Positions 52,001-61,130 of a stretch of 64,000 nt of DNA are shown here, one piece after another. Made by a program: the position numbers and the translations under genes. The stretch covers positions 3,584,001 to 3,648,000 of the forward strand of contig OZ252100.1 in the NCBI GenBank assembly GCA_965248435.1, given 5' to 3'. How positions within the stretch are numbered: position 1 is the stretch's first letter; each line of letters begins with the position of its first letter. The notes below the pieces were generated by a model. It did not search any database. It had not been told where the DNA came from and was given only the letters and a program-made list of their open reading frames with translations. This DNA is from Candidatus Latescibacterota bacterium. GTDB taxonomy: Bacteria > Latescibacterota > UBA2968 > GCA-2709665.

Positions 52001-53629
52001 GACGCAGATGGGGCCTACCCCGGCGTCCTGATCCGGACCAAGGCCTGGACGCAGCTGGAGGAAGTGGCCTACGACTACGCGAAAACCCACTATGAAGGAA
52101 TCGGAGTGGTGGCCCCTCGGACCTGGCATCAGAACATGGACCGACAGCTGATTCCGCTGGACCTGGATGGGAAGTCTGCCTTTGCGCTGGGTGCGCTGGG
52201 CCTGGCGCCCGAGGAAGCGGAGGTCACCGGGATCGACAAGTATCTGAAGGCAGGGCGCTGGTTTCGGCACGGAGAAAGGGCCTGCATCCTTCCGGATCGG
52301 CTGGCCGACGAATTCGGGGTTACCGCATCGGATCTAGGAACGCGTCAGATCAGGCTCTTCGGGGAACATTTGACGGTCATCGGGCTTATGGACGCGGACA
52401 AGCTTCGCCGGTTCAAGGACCTGGATGGTGAGATGCTGACTCCGCCTGATTTTATGGAGACAGGCCTCGCCAGCCGGCGCCGCGAGGGGCAACTGGAGCA
52501 TCGGGAGAGACAAGGGATCAACCAGCCGGCGGCGGATATCTTCGAGTTCCAGCATCTCGATCCGGACGACGTTTTGATCCTTCCATACGAGTTCATAAGA
52601 GAGGTTGGAAGTCCCCCGCAGTCCCTCGCCATTCGCTTCCATCCCGGAGTAGATATCGAAGCGCAGGTCAAGGCCCTGCTTTCCCGCCTCGCAGTGATCC
52701 TGTTCGCAGGACTCCCCGATGCAGATGGGAGGGTCAATGTGTCGGTCTACAGCTCGTTCGGCGACACCTCCTTCAGGGGACTCGGGAACCTCTTTATCCC
52801 GGTCCTGATCGCAGCCCTCATCGTGTTGAACACGATGATGGGCTCGGTCTACGAACGCTTTCGGGAGATCGGCATCTACTCCGCGGTCGGTCTGGCCCCG
52901 CTGCACATCGCCTTCCTGTTTATCGCCGAGGCGTGTGTCTATGCGGTCTTCGGCACGGTCGGCGGTTACCTCCTGGGGCAGGGGGTCGCCAAGATCATTC
53001 TCTGGCAGGGCTGGCTTACCGGTGTGACGCTCAACTACTCCGCCATGTCCGCTGTGTATGTCTCCGTCCTGGTGATGGCTGTGGTGGTTCTGTCCACGCT
53101 TTACCCGGCTCGGCAGGCCTCAAACATGGCGGTGCCCGACGTGACGCGCCGCTGGACGCTGCCGGATCCGGAGGGCGACCACTGGCGATTCGAGTTTCCC
53201 TTCACGGTCGGGGGCGGCGAGGTCTTCGGCCTCAGCAGGTTCCTGGTTGACTACTTCGAATCCCACAGCGGCGAGTCGACCGGAATGTTCATGTCTGAGG
53301 GCACGACCCTGGAGGCGCGGACGACAGAGAAGGGCGAGGGATGCAGGATCGAGACCACCATCTGGACCGCTCCCTACGACCTGGGGGTCAGCCAGCGAGT
53401 GAGTTTCGATGCATCGCCCACGGGTGAATTCAACATTTACGCCCTCTCACTCGCAATCGACCGTCTCTCCGGGGACGTCACCTCCTGGCAGCGGGTGAAT
53501 CGCGGTTTTATGGGAGCGCTCCGGAAGCAGTTCCTCATCTGGCGGACCCTGAGTCCCGAAGACCGTGCGGGCTACATCCAGAGAGGCGGCGAGATCCAGA
53601 CCGCAGACCACGGACCACGGACTGCATAA
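49064..53629 (+). CDS. M28 peptidase-like domain + MacB/FtsX-like permease fusion (1521 aa)
   Basis: N-terminal TM, SR.PG..GH..AA, PA-like insert, NILGTVPG..IIVINAYYD; N.KRR..RT.LT, MacB-like periplasmic part (GRWF, VIG), ERFREIGIYSAVG..FIAEA, YPARQA. Confidence 0.8.
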   Translation: MADFLQLLRRIALILLIGLGAVAFLFFGIGPERTSPWLTDLLGLEPPPPLPPAPVHEAGDVSGRVIDAVSEADVRRLMARFTSHGSRVPGYSGHDDAARFILQEFERLGLEGVKTEAFDVTSPVDKGGRLTLTKSGASFSLHSIWPNLVKTSTLPPGGVRARLIYGGDGTWETFNGHDMDGAAVLMEFNSWNRWLNAASLGAGQIIFIEPDSTTRAEGEQKYLISPNGTERFWIDKSSGRELRRLLEKEGEVEVELHARMDWEKTVAHNILGTVPGTDPELKDQIIVINAYYDAMSVVPALAPGAEMACGIVALLELADYLQRHPPARTVLLLASSAHHFSSRGISDFLSRHARKQEDFAALMTDPIDIRLFIALDLSSRTAEIGLWNSAPSHYYKQFFTPIGKSLVRFTRAIAEDFGLDPQRALIDGVNPPPGMTWKIFNPGKLVKTEGLIVMAAGTPALSLVTLNDARLGVDTPLDRPEIVDYANLTGQIRLLTGVIDLALNDPGLITDYELRPEDRVQWLKGYAKTFPRRSIVPDRPKPGAIAAVRLGRSENYSSSKSAKGVRETRYDIADERGAFIIPGIIEKKATASVYVLDSDTGEITHAPNRGVQADIYKPEVDMDWWMTEQISVLFPCVATDFYDIVDPRYLNKLSEVSVYGEDNAAPQEYGYDIGLGATGELRHPESMAVGTLFTRPGEKVKITMRSWAIGLRLVLLNAMGVETEEAARGGGFVTHASGTVPRTAYQAAKDMWMLNESRIRELKRFAIENHRLNVLHAQSADHLEQAESALAQKRWDLFMKHSRAALGFESRAYPDVKATQNGVIRGIIFFMALVIPCAFFAERLIITASDIRWQLTAFAGIFGVIWVFLYFVHPAFELSNPFVVLLAFIILALAAFVISLIFSRFNENMRRLRTSDVLLHETDVGRVSASLAAFQLGIANMKRRRLRTWLTFLTLLLLTFTVLSFTSIKSSLQFHKLQRDADGAYPGVLIRTKAWTQLEEVAYDYAKTHYEGIGVVAPRTWHQNMDRQLIPLDLDGKSAFALGALGLAPEEAEVTGIDKYLKAGRWFRHGERACILPDRLADEFGVTASDLGTRQIRLFGEHLTVIGLMDADKLRRFKDLDGEMLTPPDFMETGLASRRREGQLEHRERQGINQPAADIFEFQHLDPDDVLILPYEFIREVGSPPQSLAIRFHPGVDIEAQVKALLSRLAVILFAGLPDADGRVNVSVYSSFGDTSFRGLGNLFIPVLIAALIVLNTMMGSVYERFREIGIYSAVGLAPLHIAFLFIAEACVYAVFGTVGGYLLGQGVAKIILWQGWLTGVTLNYSAMSAVYVSVLVMAVVVLSTLYPARQASNMAVPDVTRRWTLPDPEGDHWRFEFPFTVGGGEVFGLSRFLVDYFESHSGESTGMFMSEGTTLEARTTEKGEGCRIETTIWTAPYDLGVSQRVSFDASPTGEFNIYALSLAIDRLSGDVTSWQRVNRGFMGALRKQFLIWRTLSPEDRAGYIQRGGEIQTADHGPRTA

Positions 53630-53870
53630 ACCAAGCGACAGAAGGTTCAGGTGTGTCGGTAAGAACAGATAGCGAGAGCCAGGCTAGAGCTGAATCATCC
53701 CGGCTTTAGTCATACGGGAGCAGGCGACAGGCGACGATCCACTGAGCGTTTGGTGAGCGTCCAGCGCGGGAATGAATTCCCGCGCTCGTGAAACAGGAAG
53801 TCCGCCCTGCGGCGGACTGAAGCCAGACCTCTTGCTCCACCTTCTGAGATGCGGATTAGTGGAGGTTCGT

Positions 53871-54563
53871 GTGGGTGAAAGCCAGGCAGAGATCTTTGAG
53901 CGCGATGGATTCCTGGTCGTGAACCGCATTTACGATGCCGAGGAGATGGTCAGTTGGAAGGAAGCCGTCGTCAGGATTATGCGGGAGGAGGGGAGTCTGG
54001 ACAATCTGCCTTCAGGCGTGAGGGTCTGGATGCTCGATGAACTTCACCCCTTCTTCAGAGAACGTATGAAGGACCCGTGCGTTATCGACGTCCTGAGGCG
54101 AGTCGTCGGTCCTGATCTCGAGTTTCTAAGCGTGAAGGCGGTCTACAAGAACCGCAGCACGACGTTCGAGTCGCCGTGGCACCAGGACTGGTATTACTGG
54201 AGAGGTGCCAGCAAGATCTCGATCTGGATCGCCCTGGATGACGCGAACTCCGAGAACGGCTGTCTCAAGATGATCCCCGGCAGCCACAAGAAACGGTTCG
54301 ATGTCCAGAAGGTAAAAGAAACGACCGGTTTCGGATGGCGGGCCGAGAGCGAAGCGCTGGAGGATCTGCCGGTCGTCACGCTGGAAGTCGCGTGTGGCGA
54401 CGCCGTCTTCTTCCACGATCAGATGCTCCACAGCTCTTATCCGAATAGATCGGGGACAGACCGATGGTCTATGATATCGACTTACCGGGATGCCTCCGTC
54501 GCCGACGACTCCACCAGCTGGGATCGTTCCATGTTGGTGAGTGGGCTGTCCGTCAATGGATGA
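53871..54563 (+). CDS. phytanoyl-CoA dioxygenase family protein
   Basis: PWHQD, WIALDDA..ENGCL..IPGSH, GDAVFFH..LH.S..N; GTG after GGAGG. Confidence 0.9.
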   Translation: MGESQAEIFERDGFLVVNRIYDAEEMVSWKEAVVRIMREEGSLDNLPSGVRVWMLDELHPFFRERMKDPCVIDVLRRVVGPDLEFLSVKAVYKNRSTTFESPWHQDWYYWRGASKISIWIALDDANSENGCLKMIPGSHKKRFDVQKVKETTGFGWRAESEALEDLPVVTLEVACGDAVFFHDQMLHSSYPNRSGTDRWSMISTYRDASVADDSTSWDRSMLVSGLSVNG

Positions 54564-54570
54564 AGGCGGA

Positions 54571-54720
54571 CCCCTCCCTCGGTCTCCCTCGACCAGGCTC
54601 GGGACAGGCCTCCCCTAAAGGGGAGGGAAGACAGGCGCCATCTAGTTTTACAAAGTCAAACACAGTGATCCTCGCTGCTCCCCCCTTCCCTTTAGGGAAG
54701 GGGGGTGGGGGGGGTTAGGT
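54571..54720. repeat. second MITE-like family ending GGGGTTAGG (related arms at ~11730-11779, ~38063-38128, ~60900-60940)
   Basis: CCCCCTTCCCTTTAGGGAAGGGGG hairpin followed by GGGGTTAGG; reverse copy at 60900. Confidence 0.65.
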
Positions 54721-54738
54721 CCGAACGATGAGACACAG

Positions 54739-57228
54739 ATGTTAGCGAACCTCTTACGCAGACGCAAATCGGCCCAGTTCCAGGAGATCGAGGAATACCG
54801 GGATCTGCTGGAAACACCCGACAGCTTTGAAGAGGGCTTCAACACCAAGACGATCCTGGGCGCCCTCTTCGTCTCGGTCATCATGGTCCCGGGCAACATC
54901 TACCTGGAGCTGATGATCGGGGGCTCGATCGGGGCGGCCGCGCAATGGGTCACGATCATCCTCTTCCTGGAGCTGTCCAAGCGGTCTTTCACCGTGTTGA
55001 AGCGGCAGGAGCTCTACCTCCTCTACTACGTCACGAGCGCGCTCGTGGCCCGGGAGACCGGCGCCTCCGACGGCATGCTCTGGAACCAGTATTTCGTCCA
55101 GTCTCCCGCGGCCAAACAGTTCGGGATCGCCAAGCTGATCCCCTGGTGGTGGGCCCCACCGCCCGGTTCGGAGGCCCTCGCCGAGCGGACCTTCTTCCAC
55201 CAGGACTGGCTCTGGCCGATCTCGATCATGGTCCTCGGCTTCATCATGGCGCGCATCGCCTGGTTCACCGCCAGCTACGTCCTGTTCCGGCTGACTTCCG
55301 ACTATGAGCGCCTCCCGTTTCCGTTCGCTCCGATCAACGCGCAGACCGCGATGGCCCTGGCCGAGGAGAGCAGCGGGGAGATCACGTGGAAATGGCGCGT
55401 CTTCAGCATCGGGGCGGTCATCGGGGTGGTCTGGGGCGCGATCTATGTGGGGGTCCCCGCGATCACGGGGGCGTTTATGGAGGAACCGGTCCAGATCATC
55501 CCGATCCCGTGGGTCGACTTCACGCAGTACACCGGCAACTTCCTGCCGGCGACGCCCCTCGGGTTCACGCTTCACCTGGGGCCGATCTTTGCCGGTCTGC
55601 TCGCGCCGTTCTGGGCGGTGATGGGGTCGTTTCTCGGTGTCGTGGTCCATTCGATCGCCAGCCCGATCCTGCACCATTACGGCTACATGCCTCACTGGAT
55701 CATGGGCATGGATACGATCCAGACGCACTTTGTGACCGGGATCGACTTCTGGATGTCTTTCGGGATCGGACTCACGTTCGCCATCACCGTCATCGGCCTG
55801 TATCAGGTCTTCACGGGTGTGCGATCTGCGAGGATCGAGAAACAGGAGAAGGGGAGCTGGACGCCTCCGGCCGGACGCGGAGACTTCCGGATCTGGATCT
55901 GCATCATCCTGTTCTGCATCGCCAGCATCTACACGATCGCGCTCGCCAAGGTCCTCTTTCCGGCCCTGATCGGCAGGACCGTGATGATCTTCTTTCTGGT
56001 CTTCGCCTTCGTCTACACGCCGCTCATCTCCTTTGTCAACGCGCGGTTGGACGGACTCGTCGGCCAGCAAACCAACATTCCGTATGTCAAAGAGACCACG
56101 ATCTTCCTCAGCGGCTTCCAGGGGGTCGACATCTGGTTCGTCCCGTTCCCGATGACCACCTACGCAGCCGAAGCCAATAAATTCAGAGAGATCGAACTGA
56201 CCGGGTCGAAGTTCACCGGCATCCTGAAGGCCGAACTCTTCATGGTTCCGCTGATTCTGTTCACCAGTTTTTTCTACTGGTCCTACATCTGGAAGCTGGC
56301 GCCGATCCCCTCGGATGCCTATCCCTACGCCCAGTTGATGTGGCCGCTCCGCGCGCTGCAGCAGAGCGTCTGGTATACGAGCACGATGCGCAGTGAAATC
56401 GTGCCCGACGCCAGGGCGGGAAACATCACCTGGATTCCGGGAAACCTGACCGACGGGGGCTGGTGGTACTGGCGTGCCCGGACACGGGAGGACACAGACT
56501 CGGAGGCGTTCAGGAAGCGATTCGAGGCCTGGATGTCGGGTCCCGAGAAGAAGGATTCGAACAGCGACGGGAAGATCGATGAGGAGGATCTCAGGGCGGT
56601 CGGTCCCTGGTCGCGGGTCGGAACCTTCTATACTAACTTCGAAGGTACAGACCCACCGCCTGACCCGCCACCGTCGGTCCGCGTCGAGCCCTTAACCCGA
56701 AGGATCTCAGAAACCTTGCCGTCCACGCCACCCGCGATTAAACGGCCCGTGGACGGCCACCACGTGGACACGCCCAACCCCAAGCTCATGATCGAAGGGT
56801 TTCTGGGCGCCGAGGGGCAGACCTGGGTCTACGAGTTCGAGGTCGATGAGGTCCCTTCATTCGATGGGGCCTTCCTTCAGAGTTCGGACGACAAGCCGAT
56901 CCTGTTCGAGGCCCTGAAGCCGAAGGTGATCGCGATCGGTTTCGCCGTCGGCCTGTTGACGTTCATCATCCTGTCCGTCTTCGGGCTTCCGATCCTCCTG
57001 ATCTTCGGCTACGTGCGGAGCCTGACCAACATCCCGCACGTGATGATCACCGAAATCATCGGCGCGCTCCTCGCGCGCTACTATTTCCAGAAGAAATACG
57101 GCAGGCAACAGTGGCGCCTCTACGCCGCCGTCCTGCTCGCCGGTTTCTTCGCCGGCATGGCCCTCGTGGGGATGGGCTCTGTCTCGATCGCGATGATACA
57201 GAAATCGGTCTCTGTATTGCTGTTCTGA
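54739..57228 (+). CDS. OPT-superfamily-like 'peptide transporter' membrane protein with inserted soluble domain
   Basis: FEEGF...T.LGA, AAQWVT.ILF.E, ERLPFPFAP, W..APIPS.AYP; soluble insert at ~56390-56900. Confidence 0.65.
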   Translation: MLANLLRRRKSAQFQEIEEYRDLLETPDSFEEGFNTKTILGALFVSVIMVPGNIYLELMIGGSIGAAAQWVTIILFLELSKRSFTVLKRQELYLLYYVTSALVARETGASDGMLWNQYFVQSPAAKQFGIAKLIPWWWAPPPGSEALAERTFFHQDWLWPISIMVLGFIMARIAWFTASYVLFRLTSDYERLPFPFAPINAQTAMALAEESSGEITWKWRVFSIGAVIGVVWGAIYVGVPAITGAFMEEPVQIIPIPWVDFTQYTGNFLPATPLGFTLHLGPIFAGLLAPFWAVMGSFLGVVVHSIASPILHHYGYMPHWIMGMDTIQTHFVTGIDFWMSFGIGLTFAITVIGLYQVFTGVRSARIEKQEKGSWTPPAGRGDFRIWICIILFCIASIYTIALAKVLFPALIGRTVMIFFLVFAFVYTPLISFVNARLDGLVGQQTNIPYVKETTIFLSGFQGVDIWFVPFPMTTYAAEANKFREIELTGSKFTGILKAELFMVPLILFTSFFYWSYIWKLAPIPSDAYPYAQLMWPLRALQQSVWYTSTMRSEIVPDARAGNITWIPGNLTDGGWWYWRARTREDTDSEAFRKRFEAWMSGPEKKDSNSDGKIDEEDLRAVGPWSRVGTFYTNFEGTDPPPDPPPSVRVEPLTRRISETLPSTPPAIKRPVDGHHVDTPNPKLMIEGFLGAEGQTWVYEFEVDEVPSFDGAFLQSSDDKPILFEALKPKVIAIGFAVGLLTFIILSVFGLPILLIFGYVRSLTNIPHVMITEIIGALLARYYFQKKYGRQQWRLYAAVLLAGFFAGMALVGMGSVSIAMIQKSVSVLLF

Positions 57229-57371
57229 GCGGCCAACTTGGGGACACGAGGCGATGCGGGTCGATGCATGACATGGAAAATCCCCCCTGCCCCCCTTTAA
57301 AAAATGGGGGAGATTGCTCTTTCTGAGGGAGTACCTATCCAGGAGTAAATTCTTCCCCCTTTTAAAAAGGG

Positions 57372-58677
57372 TGTACAGACTTGGGACATGGTATACACCC
57401 GTTTGGACACATGGCATACACTTCTAAAGTGGTGCATAATAGACCTCCAACAAGGAGGTCTTTATGCCGTGGCCGGAGGTATCCATTGTGTCTTCTCGGT
57501 TGGAGTTCGTCACGTTGGCGATGTCCGATGAGGTCAATATCCGTGTACTCTGCAGGCGGTTCGGGGTCTGTCCGAGTACTGCCTACAAGTGGATCAGACG
57601 CTATGAGCGTGATGGACCTGCGGGATTAGAGGATCAGTCTCGTCGTCCGCATTATAGTCCAAAGCGTACTCCCAAGAACATTGAAAGCCAGATTCTCGTC
57701 GTGCGTGATCAGCACCCGAGCTGGGGTGGACGGAAGATCCAGGATATTCTGCTCAAGAAAGGTATTTCATCGGTTCCTAGCCCCAGCACGATTACCCAGA
57801 TTTTGAGGCGAAACGATCGGCTTGATCCTGCCGAATCGGAAAAGAACAAAACCTGGCGCCGCTTCGAGGAGAAAGTCCCAAACGCCTTATGGCAAATGGA
57901 CTTCAAGGGTCACTTTCCCCTCTGGAAAGGGCGGTGTCACCCGTTAACCGTTCTGGACGATCATTCTCGTTATTCGGTCGGCCTGCAGGCCTGTGGCAAT
58001 GAGCAGGCGCCGACCGTAAAAGAACGCCTCACAGGCGTTTTCGAGAGGTATGAGTTGCCGGATCGGTTCCTGGTGGACAACGCTACACCTTGGGGCGGAA
58101 GAAGCCCGTGGGATCTGACGGGATTAACCATCTGGTTGATCCGGTTAGGCATCGGCGTGATCCACAGCCGACCTTATCATCCTCAGACACTGGGTAAGGA
58201 CGAGCGATTCCACAGAACACTCAACGAGGAAGTGCTTCGACATCGCGCCTGGCTGGATCTGGACCAGTGTCAGCGTGCGTTCGACAAGTGGCGACTCACA
58301 TACAATCTGGAACGGCCTCACGAAGCGCTAGATATGGCGGTGCCCGCAGAGCGATATCGTCCCAGCTCCAGAACCTTCCCAAAACAGCTTCTCCCGCTCG
58401 AATATGCACCTGGAGACCTGGTGAGGAAGGTTCAGGACAAAGGCGAGTTTTCGTTCAAAGGCCGGTTGTTCCAAGTCAGTAGAGCGTTGAGAGGCCATCC
58501 TGTCGCAATGAGAGCCACCAGGATCGACGGAGTGTTCGACGTCTTCTTCTGCCACAAAAAACTATCCACAATCGATCTAAACAGCACCCCAAAGGGGACT
58601 ATGACATCCCTATCCCCCTAGTCAAATGTGTATACCATGTCCCCGAACACCTGTTTACCATGTATCCGGTCTGTACA
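57372..58677 (+). mobile_element. IS481-family insertion sequence (1306 bp)
   Basis: Termini TGTACAGAC...GTCTGTACA, subterminal CATGG repeats, 5-bp TSD AAGGG at 57367-57371 and 58678-58682. Confidence 0.9.
57464..58621 (+). CDS. IS481 family transposase
   Basis: MPW start, HTH (LCRRFGV...YKW..RY), LWQMDFKG, DDHSRY, VDN, HPQTLGKDERFH, YN.ERPHEAL. Confidence 0.95.
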   Translation: MPWPEVSIVSSRLEFVTLAMSDEVNIRVLCRRFGVCPSTAYKWIRRYERDGPAGLEDQSRRPHYSPKRTPKNIESQILVVRDQHPSWGGRKIQDILLKKGISSVPSPSTITQILRRNDRLDPAESEKNKTWRRFEEKVPNALWQMDFKGHFPLWKGRCHPLTVLDDHSRYSVGLQACGNEQAPTVKERLTGVFERYELPDRFLVDNATPWGGRSPWDLTGLTIWLIRLGIGVIHSRPYHPQTLGKDERFHRTLNEEVLRHRAWLDLDQCQRAFDKWRLTYNLERPHEALDMAVPAERYRPSSRTFPKQLLPLEYAPGDLVRKVQDKGEFSFKGRLFQVSRALRGHPVAMRATRIDGVFDVFFCHKKLSTIDLNSTPKGTMTSLSP

Positions 58678-58829
58678 AAGGGGGATTGAGGGGGATTTCA
58701 AGATGCATCACGCTAGGGCCGCCCCAATGGCCTTGAAGGATGCAACTCGCCTGTCAGGGATGGCGAAAAACAAGAAGCGGCAGACGCATTCGCGTCTGCC
58801 GCTTCTGTAAGGTAGATTCTCTCCTGCGC

Positions 58830-59405
58830 CTAACCCTCGGTTGGATTCGCGTGTTCTCCTCCGGCTTCCCTCAACAATCCGGCGATTTCATAGCGGTTCC
58901 ATTTTAATGCTTCGTCCAGGGCCGTAAAACCTTCGGAACTTTTCTGGTTTATGTCCAAAGCAGCGTAATCGGGATTGAGCAGGATGCGGACCAGATCAAT
59001 ATCGTCGAGGTGGATCGCACCGAACAGGGACCTCCAATCCCCCTTGGCCCCGCGCTGGAGCAGGAACTGGACCACTTCGCGACCTTTATCTCCGTATCTG
59101 GGGACCGCCGAGACCGCCCGCAGCACGGTCAGTTCATCAGGCACGGCACCTCTATCCAGGAGCAGCCTGACGACCTCGGGGTTACCGCCAGCGACCGCGA
59201 CCTGCAGGGCGTTATTCGCCACAGCGCCCTGGTCGAGCAGCTGCGTCATCTGTTCCAGGTCGCTATTGATAACGGCGATCAACAACTGGGACGAAAGAGA
59301 CATCTCAGAGACGGAAATGGACTCGTTCGTATCGGTGGTGATGATCCTGCCGCTGTTACCGCAAGCGAGCCCACAGAGGGGCAGAATCCAGAAGGCGGCC
59401 TTCAT
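58830..59405 (-). CDS. ankyrin repeat lipoprotein
   Basis: Lipobox LAC; LL..GA repeats; GFTAL..A......IA.LL. Confidence 0.75.
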   Translation of the reverse strand: MKAAFWILPLCGLACGNSGRIITTDTNESISVSEMSLSSQLLIAVINSDLEQMTQLLDQGAVANNALQVAVAGGNPEVVRLLLDRGAVPDELTVLRAVSAVPRYGDKGREVVQFLLQRGAKGDWRSLFGAIHLDDIDLVRILLNPDYAALDINQKSSEGFTALDEALKWNRYEIAGLLREAGGEHANPTEG

Positions 59406-59517
59406 CGAAACGTCCATGCGGTCCATCCTACAGATTCTGCCGGGTTCGAGCGTTGTTCGATGAAAACAAAAGAAGGCCCGGGGGGCCTTCCCTCTGCGTC
59501 TCTACTCTCGCCTGAAT

Positions 59518-60699
59518 TTACTCAAAGATTTCGGTGTCCTGCCAGAACGTGGCCCATGCAAACCAGAAGGCGTTATGGGCCGGGACCTGAGTCAGACGTT
59601 TGCCCGAAAGCTCCCCCTCGATCGCCCTGCCCATCAGATTCCAGACCGTTCCGGTCTCCCTGTCCTTCATCATAAAGGGATAGACCGGATCGTTTGAAGC
59701 CACCTTGTCGAACGTCAGGATTTGGTTGACCCACCGGGAGTAGGGGATCGCCAACTGTTCGGCGCCGTAATACACCACGACGATGTCTTGTTCACCGACG
59801 CGGTCATTGATCACCGCCTCACTTCCCATGTTTTCGAAGGGGTAAGCCTTGGCCTGCGCCCCGAAACGGACACCGAGGACCATAGATTTGGGTTCGAATC
59901 GCTCCGCGATCGGATTGTCAAACAGTTGTGGGAACGTGGAGAAGATGGGAAGTGTGTCCAGCTCTCTATAACTGCCGTAGGGGTAAATCACGTAATGACT
60001 CAATTTGTAGACACCGTTGGATGCACTGACCACCTTTGTTTTCGGGTGGAGCCGCTTCCAGTAGCCCCACGTCGTCTCTACGACAGGCATAAGCGTCAGG
60101 GGTTCAAAAGAGCCCCTTATTCCCGTGGAGATCATCTGTGGATAAAGCGTGTTGCCATCCCGCCGGTCGTACATGATCAGATTGCTGTTGAACAGCATGC
60201 CGGAGACCCCGGTTGTGATTCGTTGGCGGTCCAAGCTCCGTCCCTCGAAAACCATGCCTGTGCTGGTCAGCGGGCAGAAGGTCACGACGACGGGTTGTCC
60301 GGCCACGGCATCGTTCACGACCTCGTGCCACCATCCGATGTTGTGTGGGTAGGCCTTGGCCTGCCCACTGATCTCCAAACCCATGACCAGATCGGTGTCT
60401 GCGAGGTAGCCGGCTGACTCGTGTCCCGGATCCACGAAAACGGGGTCGGTCAGTGCTGGAATCGCATCCCTGTCGATGATGACCTCGATCTCGTCGAAGG
60501 GGAATGATGAGATGTTCAAGAAGTTCTTCGCTGGACCAAGTGACGTTCCCGTCCCAGTGGTGGGTGCCGCAGCTCCGCCGCTGGTGCCGCCGCCGGTGGA
60601 AGGAGCCGGGCTTCCGGAATTTGTGGCGGAATCCCCGCCGCAGCCGAACAGTCCGAATCCGAAAACCGCAAGAATCACTGTAGAAAAGGTCCGCTTCAT
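59518..60699 (-). CDS. DUF3179 domain lipoprotein
   Basis: Lipobox LFGC, D.IPAL..P, AKAYP...WHEVVND, TFCPLT, GVSG.L.NSNLIMYDR, FWFAW..F. Confidence 0.88.
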   Translation of the reverse strand: MKRTFSTVILAVFGFGLFGCGGDSATNSGSPAPSTGGGTSGGAAAPTTGTGTSLGPAKNFLNISSFPFDEIEVIIDRDAIPALTDPVFVDPGHESAGYLADTDLVMGLEISGQAKAYPHNIGWWHEVVNDAVAGQPVVVTFCPLTSTGMVFEGRSLDRQRITTGVSGMLFNSNLIMYDRRDGNTLYPQMISTGIRGSFEPLTLMPVVETTWGYWKRLHPKTKVVSASNGVYKLSHYVIYPYGSYRELDTLPIFSTFPQLFDNPIAERFEPKSMVLGVRFGAQAKAYPFENMGSEAVINDRVGEQDIVVVYYGAEQLAIPYSRWVNQILTFDKVASNDPVYPFMMKDRETGTVWNLMGRAIEGELSGKRLTQVPAHNAFWFAWATFWQDTEIFE

Positions 60700-61130
60700 C
60701 GTCAGGTCTGCCCTGAGAGATAGATGGTGTAAGCCTTTAAAATATACGTCAATATTAATGAAATAGGCTTGCAAGATCTGTGCCTTGATGGAGATTGCCG
60801 TACAAAAACGTATAAATTACAGTTTATCAATATATTAACGCATTTACTACGAGTGTTGAGAGGGCTGGTTGATTGGGAGGGTTGTTATGTGTACGTGAGA
60901 CCTAACCCCCCTGGCCCCCCTTCCCTAAAGGGAAGGGGGGATGAGATGGTGAAACCCGCTATCTGACTATTGGTCCGAAAAAAGATGAGCCACTGGCGGC
61001 GGACTCGAGATAGGGGGATTTTTGTTTTTGATTTTAGCTTTTCGGGATTTATCCTGCTGACGTAATTGCGTGAATTGACTCACGAAGCGTCTTGAAATAA
61101 GCGCTTTTCATTTGTCTGAGGAAATCGGTT

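Larger units (their letters stand above)
57278..58698. repeat. MITE-like palindromic element interrupted by IS481
   Basis: Flanks align with 45415-45579, including the core GAGTACC.AT.CAGGA.TA.A.TCTTCCCCCTTT. Confidence 0.8.

Noticed and set aside
59518-60699. Selenoprotein form of DUF3179
   Set aside because: No in-frame TGA interrupts the ORF.
60825-60837. IHF consensus match TATCAATATATTA between divergent genes
   Set aside because: A single short match in an AT-rich patch with no supporting sigma54 or recombination site; insufficient to call.
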